Below, piece after piece: positions 1 to 10,292 of a stretch of DNA of 25,587 nucleotides. Each line of letters begins with the position of its first letter. Within the stretch, counting starts at the first letter, position 1. The stretch is taken from the IMG/VR virus record IMGVR_UViG_2537561620_000017, positions 1-25,587 of that record; one strand, given 5' to 3'. This DNA is from a virus (Duplodnaviria > Heunggongvirae > Uroviricota > Caudoviricetes). Made by a program: the position numbers and the translations under genes. The notes beneath the pieces were generated by a model. It did not search any database. It saw nothing but the letters and a program-made list of their open reading frames with translations, and was not told where the DNA came from.

Positions 1-46
1 AGGTTGCTCCGGGCTATGAAATAGAAAAATGAATCCGTTGAAGCCT

Positions 47-61
47 GCTTTTTTATACTAA
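47..61. other. attL: lambda-type attachment site core (attL, B-O-P' junction); bases 1-46 are the chromosomal arm
   Basis: Sequence gcttttttatactaa matches the 15-bp lambda att core from memory; left flank (gaatccgttgaagcct) resembles the attB left arm and right flank (gttggcattataaaaaagcattgcttatcaatttgttgcaacgaacaggtca...) resembles the lambda P' arm. Confidence 0.8.
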
Positions 62-134
62 GTTGGCATTATAAAAAAGCATTGCTTATCAATTTGTTGC
101 AACGAACAGGTCATTATCAGTCAAAATAAAATCA
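62..134. promoter_or_regulatory. P' arm of att site with Int arm-type and IHF binding sites
   Basis: Matches the lambda P' arm as recalled (caggtcattatcagtcaaaataaaatcattatttg), with one difference from my recollection of lambda (ggtcaTtat vs ggtcaCtat in the P'1-like site). Lies directly 3' of the int stop. Confidence 0.6.
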
Positions 135-1205
135 TTATTTGATTTCAATTTTGTCCCACTCCCTGCCTCTGTCATCACGATACTGTGATGCCATGGTGTC
201 CGACTTGTGCCCGAGAAGATGTTGAGCAAACTTATCGCTTATCTGCTTCTCATAGAGTCTTGCAGACAAACTGCGCAACTCGTGAAAGGTAGGTGGATCC
301 CCTTCGAAGGAAAGACCTGATGCTTTTCGTGCGCGCATAAAATACCTTGATACTGTGCCGGATGAAAGCGGTTCACGACGAGTAGATGCAATTATGGTTT
401 CTCCGCCAAGAATCTCTTTGCATTTATCAAGTGTTTCCTTCATTGATATCCCGAGAGCATCAACATGCAATGTTGTAGGGATGGCAATTTTTACGCCTGT
501 TTTGCTTTGCTCGACATAAAGATATCCATCTACGATATCAGACCACTTCATTTCGCATAAATCACCAACTCGTTGCCCGGTAACAACAGCCAGTTCCATT
601 GCAAGTCTGAGCCAACATGGTGATGATTCTGCTGCTTGATAAATTTTCAGGTATTCGTCAGCCGTAAGTCTTGATCTCCTTACCTCTGATTTTGCTGCGC
701 GAGTGGCAGCGACCGGGTTTGTTGTTATATGGCCTTCAGCTATTGCCTCTCGGAATGCATCGCTCAGTGTTGATCTGATTAACTTGGCTGATGCCGCCTT
801 GCCCTCGTCTATGTATCCATTGAGCATTGCCGCAATTTCTTTTGTGGTGATGTCTTCAAGTGGAGCATCAGGCAGCCCCCTCCTTATTGCTTTAATTTTG
901 CTCATGTAATTTATGAGTGTCTTCTGCTTGATTCCTCTGCTGGCGAGGATTTTTTCGTAGCGATCAAGCCATGAATGTAACGTAACAGAATTATCACTGT
1001 TGATTCTCGCTGTCAGAGGCTTGTGTTTGTGTCCTGAAAATAACTCAATGTTGGCCTGTATAGCTTCAGTGATTGCGATTCGCCTGTCTCGGCCTAATCC
1101 AAACTCTTTACCCGTCCTTGGGTCCCTGTAGCAGTAATATCCATTGTTTCTTATATAAAGGTTAGGGGGTAAATCCCGGCGCTCATGACTTCGCCTTCTT
1201 CCCAT
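135..1205 (-). CDS. int: tyrosine integrase, lambda Int
   Basis: 356-aa ORF; translation (MGRRRSHERRDLPPNLYIRNNGYYCYRDPRTGKEFG...HLLGHKSDTMASQYRDDRGREWDKIEIK) matches lambda Int as I recall it, including the C-terminal catalytic R..HxxR..Y region. Confidence 0.95.
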   Translation of the reverse strand: MGRRRSHERRDLPPNLYIRNNGYYCYRDPRTGKEFGLGRDRRIAITEAIQANIELFSGHKHKPLTARINSDNSVTLHSWLDRYEKILASRGIKQKTLINYMSKIKAIRRGLPDAPLEDITTKEIAAMLNGYIDEGKAASAKLIRSTLSDAFREAIAEGHITTNPVAATRAAKSEVRRSRLTADEYLKIYQAAESSPCWLRLAMELAVVTGQRVGDLCEMKWSDIVDGYLYVEQSKTGVKIAIPTTLHVDALGISMKETLDKCKEILGGETIIASTRREPLSSGTVSRYFMRARKASGLSFEGDPPTFHELRSLSARLYEKQISDKFAQHLLGHKSDTMASQYRDDRGREWDKIEIK

Positions 1206-1401
1206 TTCTGATCCTCTTCAAAAGGCTACCTGTTACTGGTCGATTTAAGTCAACCTTTACCGCTGATTCGTGGAACAAATACTCTCTTCCATCCTTAACC
1301 GGAGGAGGGAATATCCTGCACTCGCGTACCCATCGACGAACTGTTTCAAGGCTCCTTGGGCGTCGCTGGCGTGCGTTCCACTCCTGAAGTGTCAAGTACA
1401 T
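1183..1401 (-). CDS. xis: excisionase, lambda Xis
   Basis: 72-aa ORF MYLTLQEWNARQRRPRSLETVRRWVRECRIFPPPVKDGREYLFHESAVKVDLNRPVTGSLLKRIRNGKKAKS matches lambda Xis; 23-bp overlap with int as in lambda. Confidence 0.95.
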   Translation of the reverse strand: MYLTLQEWNARQRRPRSLETVRRWVRECRIFPPPVKDGREYLFHESAVKVDLNRPVTGSLLKRIRNGKKAKS

Positions 1402-1455
1402 CGCAAAGTCTCCGCAATTACTCGCAAGGGAGCGAGTATTGGTTTATTTTCTCCA

Positions 1456-1480
1456 ACAAAAAAGGAGCCGAAGCTCCTTT
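1456..1480 (-). terminator. intrinsic terminator between the AntA-like gene and xis
   Basis: Minus-strand RNA reads AAGGAGC-UUCG-GCUCCUU followed by a U-run: about 7-bp stem, UUCG tetraloop, T-tract, a few bases downstream of the AntA-like stop. Confidence 0.55.
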
Positions 1481-1485
1481 GATGA

Positions 1486-2109
1486 TTAAAATTCGAATTG
1501 TCTCGCCCGAAGGCTTTTCAGCATTGGTTTTGCCCGTTCGAAAAGGGCGCTTGCTTGGTCAAGTCGTGTCGCCTCCCTTAGCAGTACATCTCTGTTTTTC
1601 GTCACCGTGTAAAAAGTTTCAAACGCGATGTCATACAGCTTGCTCGTGTATGATGAGTTCAGTTCCTTCAATATCGGGTACAGACGTTTGCAGATGTCCT
1701 GCGCATTCTCCATCTGTACCTGCATATAGCAAAGGAGGATGATTTCTTCGTCTGTGAATTGCTGCGCTGGTTGCATGCTGCGAAGTTTCTTTTCGCACTC
1801 GATGAAGTATCGGCGTATCTGGCGGCCTTTTTCGTTACGCTCGACCATCGCCGTTTCTTTGGCTGTATCGAGGGTGAGGTGATAGTCTTTGCTACGGCGA
1901 TCGCCTCCACGTCCTTTGATCCCCCTGTTTTGGTGAACCAAAATGTAATCGACATCAACGGCAAAGCCGTATTCTGTTATGCGATTTTTAATCCATGTAG
2001 AGAAGTCACGACGTACTTCCAAAAATTCGTGTAAATCACGGGCATTAACGAGAAGAGTTGTTTCGTTGGATATAGTGCCGTTGAATACGGGGATGAGTTG
2101 ACTGGTCAT
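1486..2109 (-). CDS. AntA/AntB-type phage antirepressor-like protein
   Basis: 207-aa ORF; N-terminal LIPVFNGTISNETTLLVNARDLHEFLEVRRDFSTWIKNRITEYGF fits the AntA antirepressor domain pattern from memory; the C-terminal half is not assigned. Confidence 0.6.
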   Translation of the reverse strand: MTSQLIPVFNGTISNETTLLVNARDLHEFLEVRRDFSTWIKNRITEYGFAVDVDYILVHQNRGIKGRGGDRRSKDYHLTLDTAKETAMVERNEKGRQIRRYFIECEKKLRSMQPAQQFTDEEIILLCYMQVQMENAQDICKRLYPILKELNSSYTSKLYDIAFETFYTVTKNRDVLLREATRLDQASALFERAKPMLKSLRARQFEF

Positions 2110-2254
2110 TTTTATGTCCTTTGCATTTGTTCAGATAGCCCTGTGTTCAGCAGGGCGGTCAGGTACTTGAACACCGTGCAAAGTCGGCCCGTATCCTTAA
2201 CCTTTCGGCTGTTTTTCGGTATACGCGCTACCCGACCATATCTGAAAAATGGAC

Positions 2255-2287
2255 ATAAAAAATCCGCATGACTGACGGGTGCGGTTT
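2255..2287 (-). terminator. possible weak intrinsic terminator
   Basis: Minus-strand CCGCA...UGCGG hairpin (5-bp stem, 11-nt loop) followed by UUUUUU; short stem, so low confidence. Confidence 0.3.
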
Positions 2288-2430
2288 CCGCTTTGCAAGG
2301 TGTGTTCAGCACCATGAAGCGGAATATAGCCCCGTTAATGCGGTGTTGTCAAATCATGTAGGCCTTATCTTGCTGTAAGCCGCGCCATTCGGGCTTTTCC
2401 CCACATTTGGGGAAAACTATCTTGTCAAAA

Positions 2431-3138
2431 TCATGCAGCCTTTCGCTCTCCTTCGATGAGTTCCTCTATTTTGTGCACTCCAGCCTCGTTGTACCGAAAT
2501 GTTTCAACCTGCTTGTCATTGTGCGCCGATTTGTCGATGAACCACTTCCCGTACTTTTCTGTTTTGAGCATGTAGGTGTTGGCTATGCGTCCTACCTTGT
2601 TGGCTGAAATACCGTAGCGCTGGCCGACTTCCGTAGCAGAGTAGTAGTGCTCTGAGATAGCTGGCAGAGGTACAACATCGCGACCAACAATCGGGTTGAA
2701 CACTCCAGCTACTGCTGCCTGCTTTGATTCTGAGGACAGATTCGGGAACATATTCACCAGTCGATCCGCCACGTTCAAAGCTATTTCCATGGCTCGCGCA
2801 CGGTCTAGGCTACTTTCTGGTTGCGGTACTGGTTGAGGATGGTTGGCAACCTTTTCGCGCTGATTGAAGTAGCCGTCCTCCAGTTTTTCGAACACGTCCC
2901 ATGCCTGATCCGTTTCGAGCATCTTCGCGTGACGGGCGGCTCCGCGCTCTGTCCAGAGGATGAGGTGGCGTGCATTTGGGGCACTTTTCACAAAGTAGTT
3001 TAAAGCTACTTTGTGTTTTAGCGCGCGCAGCTCGTCACCAACGACCTTGTAGAAGTGTACCCCCTCAACAAAGCGCGACTTGTTTTCATGATGGTTTTGC
3101 CGGATGCGCACAACATCCGTTCCGTACAACTGCGCCAA
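2431..3138 (-). CDS. phage protein, KilA-N/ORF6N-like N-terminal domain (function unassigned)
   Basis: 235-aa ORF; N-terminal region (NHHENKSRFVEGVHFYKVVGDELRALKH...ILWTERGAARHAKMLETDQAWDVFEKLEDGYF) resembles ORF6N/KilA-N type phage regulatory domains. True start uncertain because it overlaps the upstream ORF by about 50 bp. Confidence 0.5.
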   Translation of the reverse strand: MAQLYGTDVVRIRQNHHENKSRFVEGVHFYKVVGDELRALKHKVALNYFVKSAPNARHLILWTERGAARHAKMLETDQAWDVFEKLEDGYFNQREKVANHPQPVPQPESSLDRARAMEIALNVADRLVNMFPNLSSESKQAAVAGVFNPIVGRDVVPLPAISEHYYSATEVGQRYGISANKVGRIANTYMLKTEKYGKWFIDKSAHNDKQVETFRYNEAGVHKIEELIEGERKAA

Positions 3139-3520
3139 TGTTTGGTGGGTAGTTGTTTTTAAAGTCAGCTGCTAACACATAGCATTGTCGCTCTCCCATT
3201 TCTGGCATTCGCTCACTACAGCTTATCCAGGCATCCGGAGTTACCGGCACTGGCTGGGCGGTATAAAGCGGTGTTATATCTGCCCGAAAATTACATGCTT
3301 TATGCAGCCGCACCCACCGTTCGACTTCTGCTTTGTCAGAATACATACCAGTGAACGTGTTATATTCACGGTCAATTTGCGTGAAGGTTACCTTCCACGC
3401 CACCGGCTCTGCTGTCAGCGATGCCAGAGCAATTTCATAAGCACGGCGTTCAACATTGTCTCGCACATCCAAACTGCTGATACGCTCTTTGATTTCTTTA
3501 ATCAGTTCTTTGTCGTTCAC
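3086..3520 (-). CDS. DUF551-family phage protein
   Basis: 144-aa ORF; WISCSERMPEMGERQCYVLA fits the DUF551 signature common in lambdoid early-left regions; the C-terminal tail looks atypical. Confidence 0.5.
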   Translation of the reverse strand: MNDKELIKEIKERISSLDVRDNVERRAYEIALASLTAEPVAWKVTFTQIDREYNTFTGMYSDKAEVERWVRLHKACNFRADITPLYTAQPVPVTPDAWISCSERMPEMGERQCYVLAADFKNNYPPNIGAVVRNGCCAHPAKPS

Positions 3521-3980
3521 TTATGCCTCCGATTCCCGGATGTCACCCAAATCAACGCTACAATGCCAACCAGTGCAACGAGCGCAAAACTATCAAGCAT
3601 CTCCAACCTCTTTAACGGTAACTGTCTGTGCCTCCAGTTCTGCTATGCGCTTTTCTGAGGCTTCAAGTAACGCCTGCTTATCGCGTAGCGCTTCTTCCAG
3701 TTCAGCAACATGGCATTCACTATCAATAAGGTTGTTCTCTGCTGCTTCCAGCTCAACACGCAACTTCCCTACCGTTAGCGCAATTTCCTCGTTCTCCTGA
3801 TCGCGGCTTTTGATGTATTGCAGGTTTCTTTCCCGTTCATCCAGTAGTGCCAGCGCAACATTTGGATTAAAAGCAGCAATAAATTCAGCGTTTGCATAAG
3901 CCTGAACATGAAGTGGCACACTGAATTTGGCCACCTGAACAGAGGTGATATGCTCACCTCAGAACAACACAGGTGCTCCA

Positions 3981-5149
<1,169 letters not shown>

Positions 5150-5506
5150 CCACTTCAACATCTGTTTCAACCAGGCAGTTAACATGACATTCCGCAATCA
5201 CACCACCGGGTTCTCCTTTCCATTTTTGACAAACAAAAACTCCTGTTAAATTGCCGTGCCGATTAACAGATGTATGCCCTACGATGTAGCTTCCTTTAGT
5301 TGCTTTTTCTGCCTTGGCACGCAGTGCCTGATAGTCAATCTTGCTCACTGGTTGCCTCCTTTGCGCCACATCGCATTCAGATATTTGTTGTCATTAACAG
5401 AACCGAAACTCTTTCTCTTAAGCAATTCCTCTCTCGATGGCATTGGCTTTACGCGCTGGCGAATAATCATTTCTGCCGGAAGAATGCCGGGATTGTGGAT
5501 TTGCCC

Positions 5507-6412
5507 CTATATTTCCAGACATCTGTTATCACTTAACCCATTACAAGCCCGCTGCCGCAGATATTCCCGTGGCGAGCGATAACCCAGCGCACTATGCGGA
5601 TGCCATTCGTTATAATGCTCGAACGCCTCTGCAAGGTTCTTTGCTGCCGTTAACCCGTCTGGTTTGGGCATGATACTGATGTAGTCACGCTTTATCGTTT
5701 TCACGAAGCTCTCTGCTATTCCGTTACTCTCCGGACTCCGCACCGCCGTGTTCTTCGGTTCAAGTCCCAACATCCGGGCGAACTGGCGTGTTTCATTAGC
5801 CCGGTAGCATGAACCATTATCCGTCAGCCACTCCACTGGAGACGACGGAAGATCGTTGCCGAAGCGGCGTTCCACCGCTCCCAGCATGACGTCCTGTACT
5901 GTTTCACTGTTGAAGCCGCCGGTAGTCACCGCCCAGTGCAGTGCCTCACGATCACAGCAGTCCAGCGCGAACGTGACACGCAGTCTCTCTCCGTTATCAC
6001 AGCAGAACTCGAACCCGTCAGAGCACCATCGCTGATTGCTTTCTTTCACGGCCACTCTGCCTGTATGTGCCCGTTTCGATGGCGGTACAGCAGGTTTTCG
6101 CTCAAGCAACAGCGCATTCTGGCGCATGATCCGGTAAACACGTTTGGCATTGATCGCAGGCATACCATCAAGTTCTGCCTGTCTGCGAAGCAGCGCCCAT
6201 ACCCGACGATAACCATACGTGGGCAGCTCTCCGATAACATGGTGTATACGGAGAAGCACATCCGTATCATCAGTGTGACGACTGCGGCGGCCATCCATCC
6301 AGTCATCGGTTCGTCTGAGAATGACGTGCAACTGCGCACGCGACACCCGGAGACAACGGCTGACTAAGCTTACTCCCCATCCCCGGGCAATAAGGGCGCG
6401 TGCGCTATCCAC
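5507..6412 (-). CDS. insD: IS2 transposase OrfB
   Basis: 301-aa ORF matching IS2 InsD, with the integrase-like catalytic core. Confidence 0.9.
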
Positions 6413-6735
6413 TTTTTTGCCCGTCCATATTCAACGGCTTCTTTGAGGAGTTCATTTTCCATCGTTTTCTTGCCGAGCAGGCGCTGGAGTTCTTTAATCT
6501 GCTTCATGGCGGCAGCAAGTTCAGAGGCAGGAACAACCTGTTCTCCGGCGGCCACAGCAGTAAGACTTCCTTCCTGGTATTGCTTACGCCAGAGAAATAA
6601 CTGGCTGGCTGCTACACCATGTTGCCGGGCAACGAGGGAGACCGTCATCCCCGGTTCAAAGCTCTGCTGAACAATTGCGATCTTTTCCTGTGTGGTACGC
6701 CGTCTGCGTTTCTCCGGCCCTAAGACATCAATCAT
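6370..6735 (-). CDS. insC: IS2 transposase OrfA
   Basis: [56 protein letters not shown]... matches IS2 InsC. Confidence 0.9.
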
Positions 6736-6826
6736 CTGTTCTCCAATGACTAGTCTAAAAACTAGTATTAAGACTATCACTTAAATAAGTGATACTGGTT
6801 GTCTGGAGATTCAGGGGGCCAGTCTA

Positions 6827-7494
6827 ATTGCCGCATCATCATCAGACTCCGGAACGCCCTCATACACATGTTTAAAACCATCCGGATCACGGCGTCGCGC
6901 CGCGTCGATAACCTTAAGCATGGTGTCAGACAGAAACGGATTTTCGTCATAGTTAATTTTGCGGATGAGAGTGCCTTCGGGCGGATCAACAACGAAGTTG
7001 CGCCAGACGAAATCAGTAACAAGTCCGGGGTTGAATATGAACCAGCATTCCGAACCCTCTTTACGGATCGTTGGCTCCAGAATTTTCCACTGGTATTCCG
7101 TCAGTGCGTGGGCTTCTTCCAGCCACAACACATCGATCCCCTCCAGTGACTTAATTTCTTCGATGTTGCGCCATAATCCATAAAAAACAAATTCCGAGCC
7201 AGTAACCCGGTTAATGATTTTGTTGTTCAGAATACGGAAACGGTGCCGCAGACCAAACCTGTCTATCTGAATTTTGAGCAGGGTATACACCGACTCTTCG
7301 ATTTTATTCTGGATCTGACGGGCACAACAAAAACGCAGGGTGTATTTATTCGACAGAAATATGGCAATGCCAGCGGCATCCCATGATTTTGACGATGACC
7401 GACCACCATAAAGCACTTTGTTACGTGCCCGCATAGTCCAGAAACTACGTAAAGCCGGATTCAGCGTCGGTTTGGATGTCAGAGTAGAAGTCAT
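6827..7494 (-). pseudogene. terminase large subunit, N-terminal ATPase domain only (3' end abuts IS2)
   Basis: Walker A-like LYGGRSSSKSWDAAG followed by DVLWLEEAH (Walker B-like) and an ATPase-domain-like region; the expected C-terminal nuclease domain is missing. The ORF runs into the IS2 end, and the start is uncertain (candidate Met codons at about 7494-7602). Confidence 0.55.
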
Positions 7495-7702
7495 TGAGGT
7501 CACGCTCTCCATTGCCATCATCAATACCTGCATCACGGCGAAGACGATCAGCCTCCAGAGACACCTTATCAGTGGCGGCCTTGCGGTAGGCTGTATCAGC
7601 AAATATTTTTCCTACCGTCGCAAGCGTGCCAACGATGGACTCAATACGAACTGTATTGCGCATCATTGCTTTCTCGGCGGCGCTGATATTTTCAATCAGC
7701 AT
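7445..7702 (-). CDS. hypothetical 85-aa ORF, in frame with terS after an amber codon
   Basis: Same reading frame as the upstream terS ORF, separated only by TAG at 7712-7714 and three codons; overlaps the 5' end of the terminase large subunit ORF. Could be a separate small gene or a C-terminal extension of terS. Confidence 0.3.
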   Translation of the reverse strand: MLIENISAAEKAMMRNTVRIESIVGTLATVGKIFADTAYRKAATDKVSLEADRLRRDAGIDDGNGERDLNDFYSDIQTDAESGFT

Positions 7703-7711
7703 CTTCCTTTC

Positions 7712-8209
7712 CTAGTCCCCATTAGCATCTTCCAGCGACACCAACCACCGACCAATATTCTCTGCAGCGACAAGGTTGTTAGCACGAAGGCGAAATAATT
7801 CGTCCTCGAGCGTCAACGCTTTAGCGTCCTCTATCACCTCATCTTTGAGCAGAAGGCGACGGGCATAACCACCGTGTTTTAATGCCTGCTGGTTACCGGG
7901 TTGGAATGGGTTAGTCGGGGGATCGGTACGCATTCCGCGTATCGGTTTCGTATCCGGTGTAGATTCTGTTTTTAGTTGCGTACTTTTTTGTGTAAGGCCA
8001 GTAATGGCAGGCTTTCTGCTGGTACGCACTTTCCTTTTTTGCGTACCATTTTTGCAAACCTGCGTACCGCCACTGCGTGCCCAACCAAGCTTTTTGGCCC
8101 TCTTCCTGATAGCCCCTTCTGTAACGCCGTATTTCTCGCCTATATCACGGAGGCTAAGGACTCCGGCCCGGTATGCCGATTCGATGGCCTCCCAGTCCGG
8201 TTTTGCCAT
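7712..8209 (-). CDS. terminase small subunit (HTH-containing)
   Basis: 165-aa ORF MAKPDWEAIESAYRAGVLSLRDIGEKYGVTEGAIRKRAKKLGW... N-terminal HTH typical of phage small terminase subunits, directly upstream of the large subunit ATPase ORF. Confidence 0.6.
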   Translation of the reverse strand: MAKPDWEAIESAYRAGVLSLRDIGEKYGVTEGAIRKRAKKLGWARSGGTQVCKNGTQKRKVRTSRKPAITGLTQKSTQLKTESTPDTKPIRGMRTDPPTNPFQPGNQQALKHGGYARRLLLKDEVIEDAKALTLEDELFRLRANNLVAAENIGRWLVSLEDANGD

Positions 8210-8406
8210 GATTATGCTTCCTGTGATTTACTGTTATCGTTGCCTGTCACAATAGGTTGCTTTAATTCTTCCTCATCACTCACTCCTGCGACGCTCCGTG
8301 GCAGGGCCCCCCACAGGAGTACCTTGTAAATGTAAGGTGTTTAAGCCTAAATTAAGTCGTATCACGGTTAAATAGCAAAGAAAAATTCACAGAAGGAAAG
8401 ACATTG

Positions 8407-8916
8407 ATGGAGTGGATAAATGCTTTGATGAACTATTTTGTACTTCATCCATATCGCCTATGGGGGCTTCTTTTTATAATAGCGTTCACAAAATCCACTT
8501 TACTCATTTCGGCGATATTGCCACCAGCATCAATTATGATGGCCACTGTAATTACAGTCAGCAAGACGACTCTTTCACCATGGGAAGCTGGAATCACGGT
8601 CATGAGTGGCGCATGGTGCGGTACTATCGTTAATTACCATCTTGGTATAATAATTGGGCATATCCCTCAACTTGCATGTATAATATCGAGCCGTTCCAAT
8701 ACAATAGAACGGGTTCGCCTTCAGTTGCAAAATAACTCTGTGTCAATACTTTTCACTTCGCGCTTTATCGCCGTGCTGCGTTACATTGCTCCTTTGGTGG
8801 CAGGAATGTTGCAACTTCATCCAGTGAAAGTGTATACAGTGAGTCTGATTTCAGCTGCTAGCTGGTCAGCACTTTATGTTGGTAGTTTTAGCTTCGTGTT
8901 GCCTTTTTTTAGCTAA
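8407..8916 (+). CDS. DedA/VTT-family-like small inner membrane protein
   Basis: Multi-pass hydrophobic ORF (WGLLFIIAFTKSTLLISAILPPASIMMATVITV...GAWCGTIVNYHLGIIIGH) resembling the DedA/SNARE-associated family; AGGA-type ribosome binding site upstream of the ATG at 8407. Confidence 0.45.
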   Translation: MEWINALMNYFVLHPYRLWGLLFIIAFTKSTLLISAILPPASIMMATVITVSKTTLSPWEAGITVMSGAWCGTIVNYHLGIIIGHIPQLACIISSRSNTIERVRLQLQNNSVSILFTSRFIAVLRYIAPLVAGMLQLHPVKVYTVSLISAASWSALYVGSFSFVLPFFS

Positions 8917-9254
8917 ACTGCCCATAAAAAGCTCTTGCGAATCCAGCTTCCCCCATTCCTCTGACAACAGAATCTGATTTGAAGGATAATGAGTAAAATT
9001 ACCGCTACCCCCCAAGGCATTGGATCCTGATGTACTCCTGAAGCATTCTCAATGCTGTCTGGTCGCTGATGATTCCGTCCCGGATACCGAGAACGTTTCG
9101 TCCAGCAACTGGAGAGAGTTCGACGGTGGCATCATTGCCCATGCCGGAGGCGCTGGAGGTTTCGGCTGAGGAGTAAGCGCCCCATCAGCGACGTCTTGTG
9201 AAAATTGTCCTGTCTGGCAACAATCGCGCCCATCTATATTGATGGACACGAACG

Positions 9255-9929
9255 ATGAATTCCCAGACAACAAAAGATATTCCCTGCTTCCGTTCTTATT
9301 TGCCTGATGCCCTGCGTTTAAGATTTGAAGATAAACTGACCATCCGGGCCATCGCTCAGCGTCTGGGTCTCAGTCATTCCACAATACATATGCTTTTTCA
9401 GCGATTTCTTGCATCCGGTATCGCATGGCCATTGCCCGATTCAGTTTCATTCGCTCAACTTGACGCCATCCTTTATGCCAACAGAAAGAAGGAATTAACA
9501 GAGCCTCAAATCAGAGAAGGCTCATGGCGAAAAGAACGGCGAACCAGCTATAGCCGTGAATTTAAGGTCCGTCTGGCTAAGCAGGCGTTACAGCCTGGGG
9601 CTGTTGTTGCCCGGATCGCCAGAGAACACGATATCAATAATAACCTGCTGTTTAAATGGAAAAGCCAGTACGAGGACGGCTTACTGAGCGATGATGACAT
9701 ACAGGAATGCATGCCTGTCCCGGTGGCACTGACTGATACGCCGGAGCCGACCAGACCAGTTACAAATCCCTTCTGGCGTAACAAGCATGATGAGCGCCCT
9801 GAGGGGGCTCCCGGAAACGTCCCACGGTGCGAGCTGCATCTTAAATCAGGTGTGGTAAAACTGTTTGACCCTCTCACTCCGGAACTGTTACGGGCGCTAA
9901 TCCGCGAAATGAAAGGGGGTATCCGATGA
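9255..9929 (+). CDS. IS66-family accessory protein (orf1 / TnpA-like)
   Basis: First ORF of the IS66-type element; 224 aa, longer than I expect for a canonical IS66 orf1, so the true start may be internal. Confidence 0.6.
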   Translation: MNSQTTKDIPCFRSYLPDALRLRFEDKLTIRAIAQRLGLSHSTIHMLFQRFLASGIAWPLPDSVSFAQLDAILYANRKKELTEPQIREGSWRKERRTSYSREFKVRLAKQALQPGAVVARIAREHDINNNLLFKWKSQYEDGLLSDDDIQECMPVPVALTDTPEPTRPVTNPFWRNKHDERPEGAPGNVPRCELHLKSGVVKLFDPLTPELLRALIREMKGGIR

Positions 9930-10273
9930 TAACGCTGCCGACCGGTACCAAAATCTGGATCATCGCTGGCATCACAGATATGCGTTGTGGCTTCAATGGC
10001 CTGGCTTCGAAGGTGCAGAACACGCTGAAAGATGACCCGTTCTCCGGGCATATCTTCGTCTTCCGGGGCCGCAGTGGCAAAATGGTGAAAATACTGTGGG
10101 CCGATCGTGACGGGTTATGCCTGTTCGCCAAACGCCTGGAACGGGGCCGCTTCGTCTGGCCGGTGACCCGGGAAGGGAAAGTGCACCTGACGCCAGCTCA
10201 GTTATCCATGCTACTGGAGGGGATCGCGTGGCAACATCCCAAACGGACAGAACGGCCTGGCATCCGGATATAA
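9926..10273 (+). CDS. IS66-family Orf2 (TnpB)
   Basis: 115-aa ORF MITLPTGTKIWIIAGITDMRCGFNGLASKVQNTLKDDPFSGHIFVFRGRSGKMVKILWADRDGL... typical IS66 Orf2; overlaps orf1 by 4 bp. Confidence 0.85.
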   Translation: MITLPTGTKIWIIAGITDMRCGFNGLASKVQNTLKDDPFSGHIFVFRGRSGKMVKILWADRDGLCLFAKRLERGRFVWPVTREGKVHLTPAQLSMLLEGIAWQHPKRTERPGIRI

Positions 10274-10292
10274 CCCGTGATAAAACAAGGGA

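Larger units (their letters stand above)
5486..6826 (-). mobile_element. IS2 (IS3 family)
   Basis: Ends TGGATTTGCCCCTATATTTCCAGACATCTGTTATCACTTAA (low coordinate) and the inverse of TAGACTGGCCCCCTGAATCTCCAGACAACCAATATCACTTAAATAAGTGATAG (high coordinate), as recalled for IS2. My counted span is about 10 bp longer than the length I remember for IS2, so boundaries are approximate. ATTG is present on both flanks. Confidence 0.85.

Noticed and set aside
1-134. Possible tRNA gene at the integration site
   Set aside because: The flank matches the lambda attB arm, which is not a tRNA gene, and no cloverleaf-compatible sequence was apparent by eye.
703-909. Plus-strand ORFs inside int, and similar antisense ORFs elsewhere (for example 1356..1742, 1759..2034, 6046..6339, 12287..12821, 22052..22499)
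   Set aside because: They lie antisense to, or out of frame with, well-supported genes and have no recognisable features; treated as shadow ORFs.
2112-2315. 67-aa minus-strand ORF in the gap between the AntA-like and KilA-N/ORF6N-like genes
   Set aside because: No start context or family resemblance; the interval more plausibly holds a terminator and regulatory sequence.
6827-6830. ATTG on both flanks of IS2 as evidence of a simple insertion
   Set aside because: Only 4 bp match, whereas IS2 normally makes 5-bp duplications, and joining the flanks would end the terminase large subunit after the ATPase domain with no nuclease domain; the match is more likely chance at a rearrangement junction.
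9049-9273. 74-aa minus-strand ORF left of the IS66-family element
   Set aside because: It runs into the IS terminal repeat and its Pro-rich translation shows no recognisable domain; probably a gene remnant or chance ORF.
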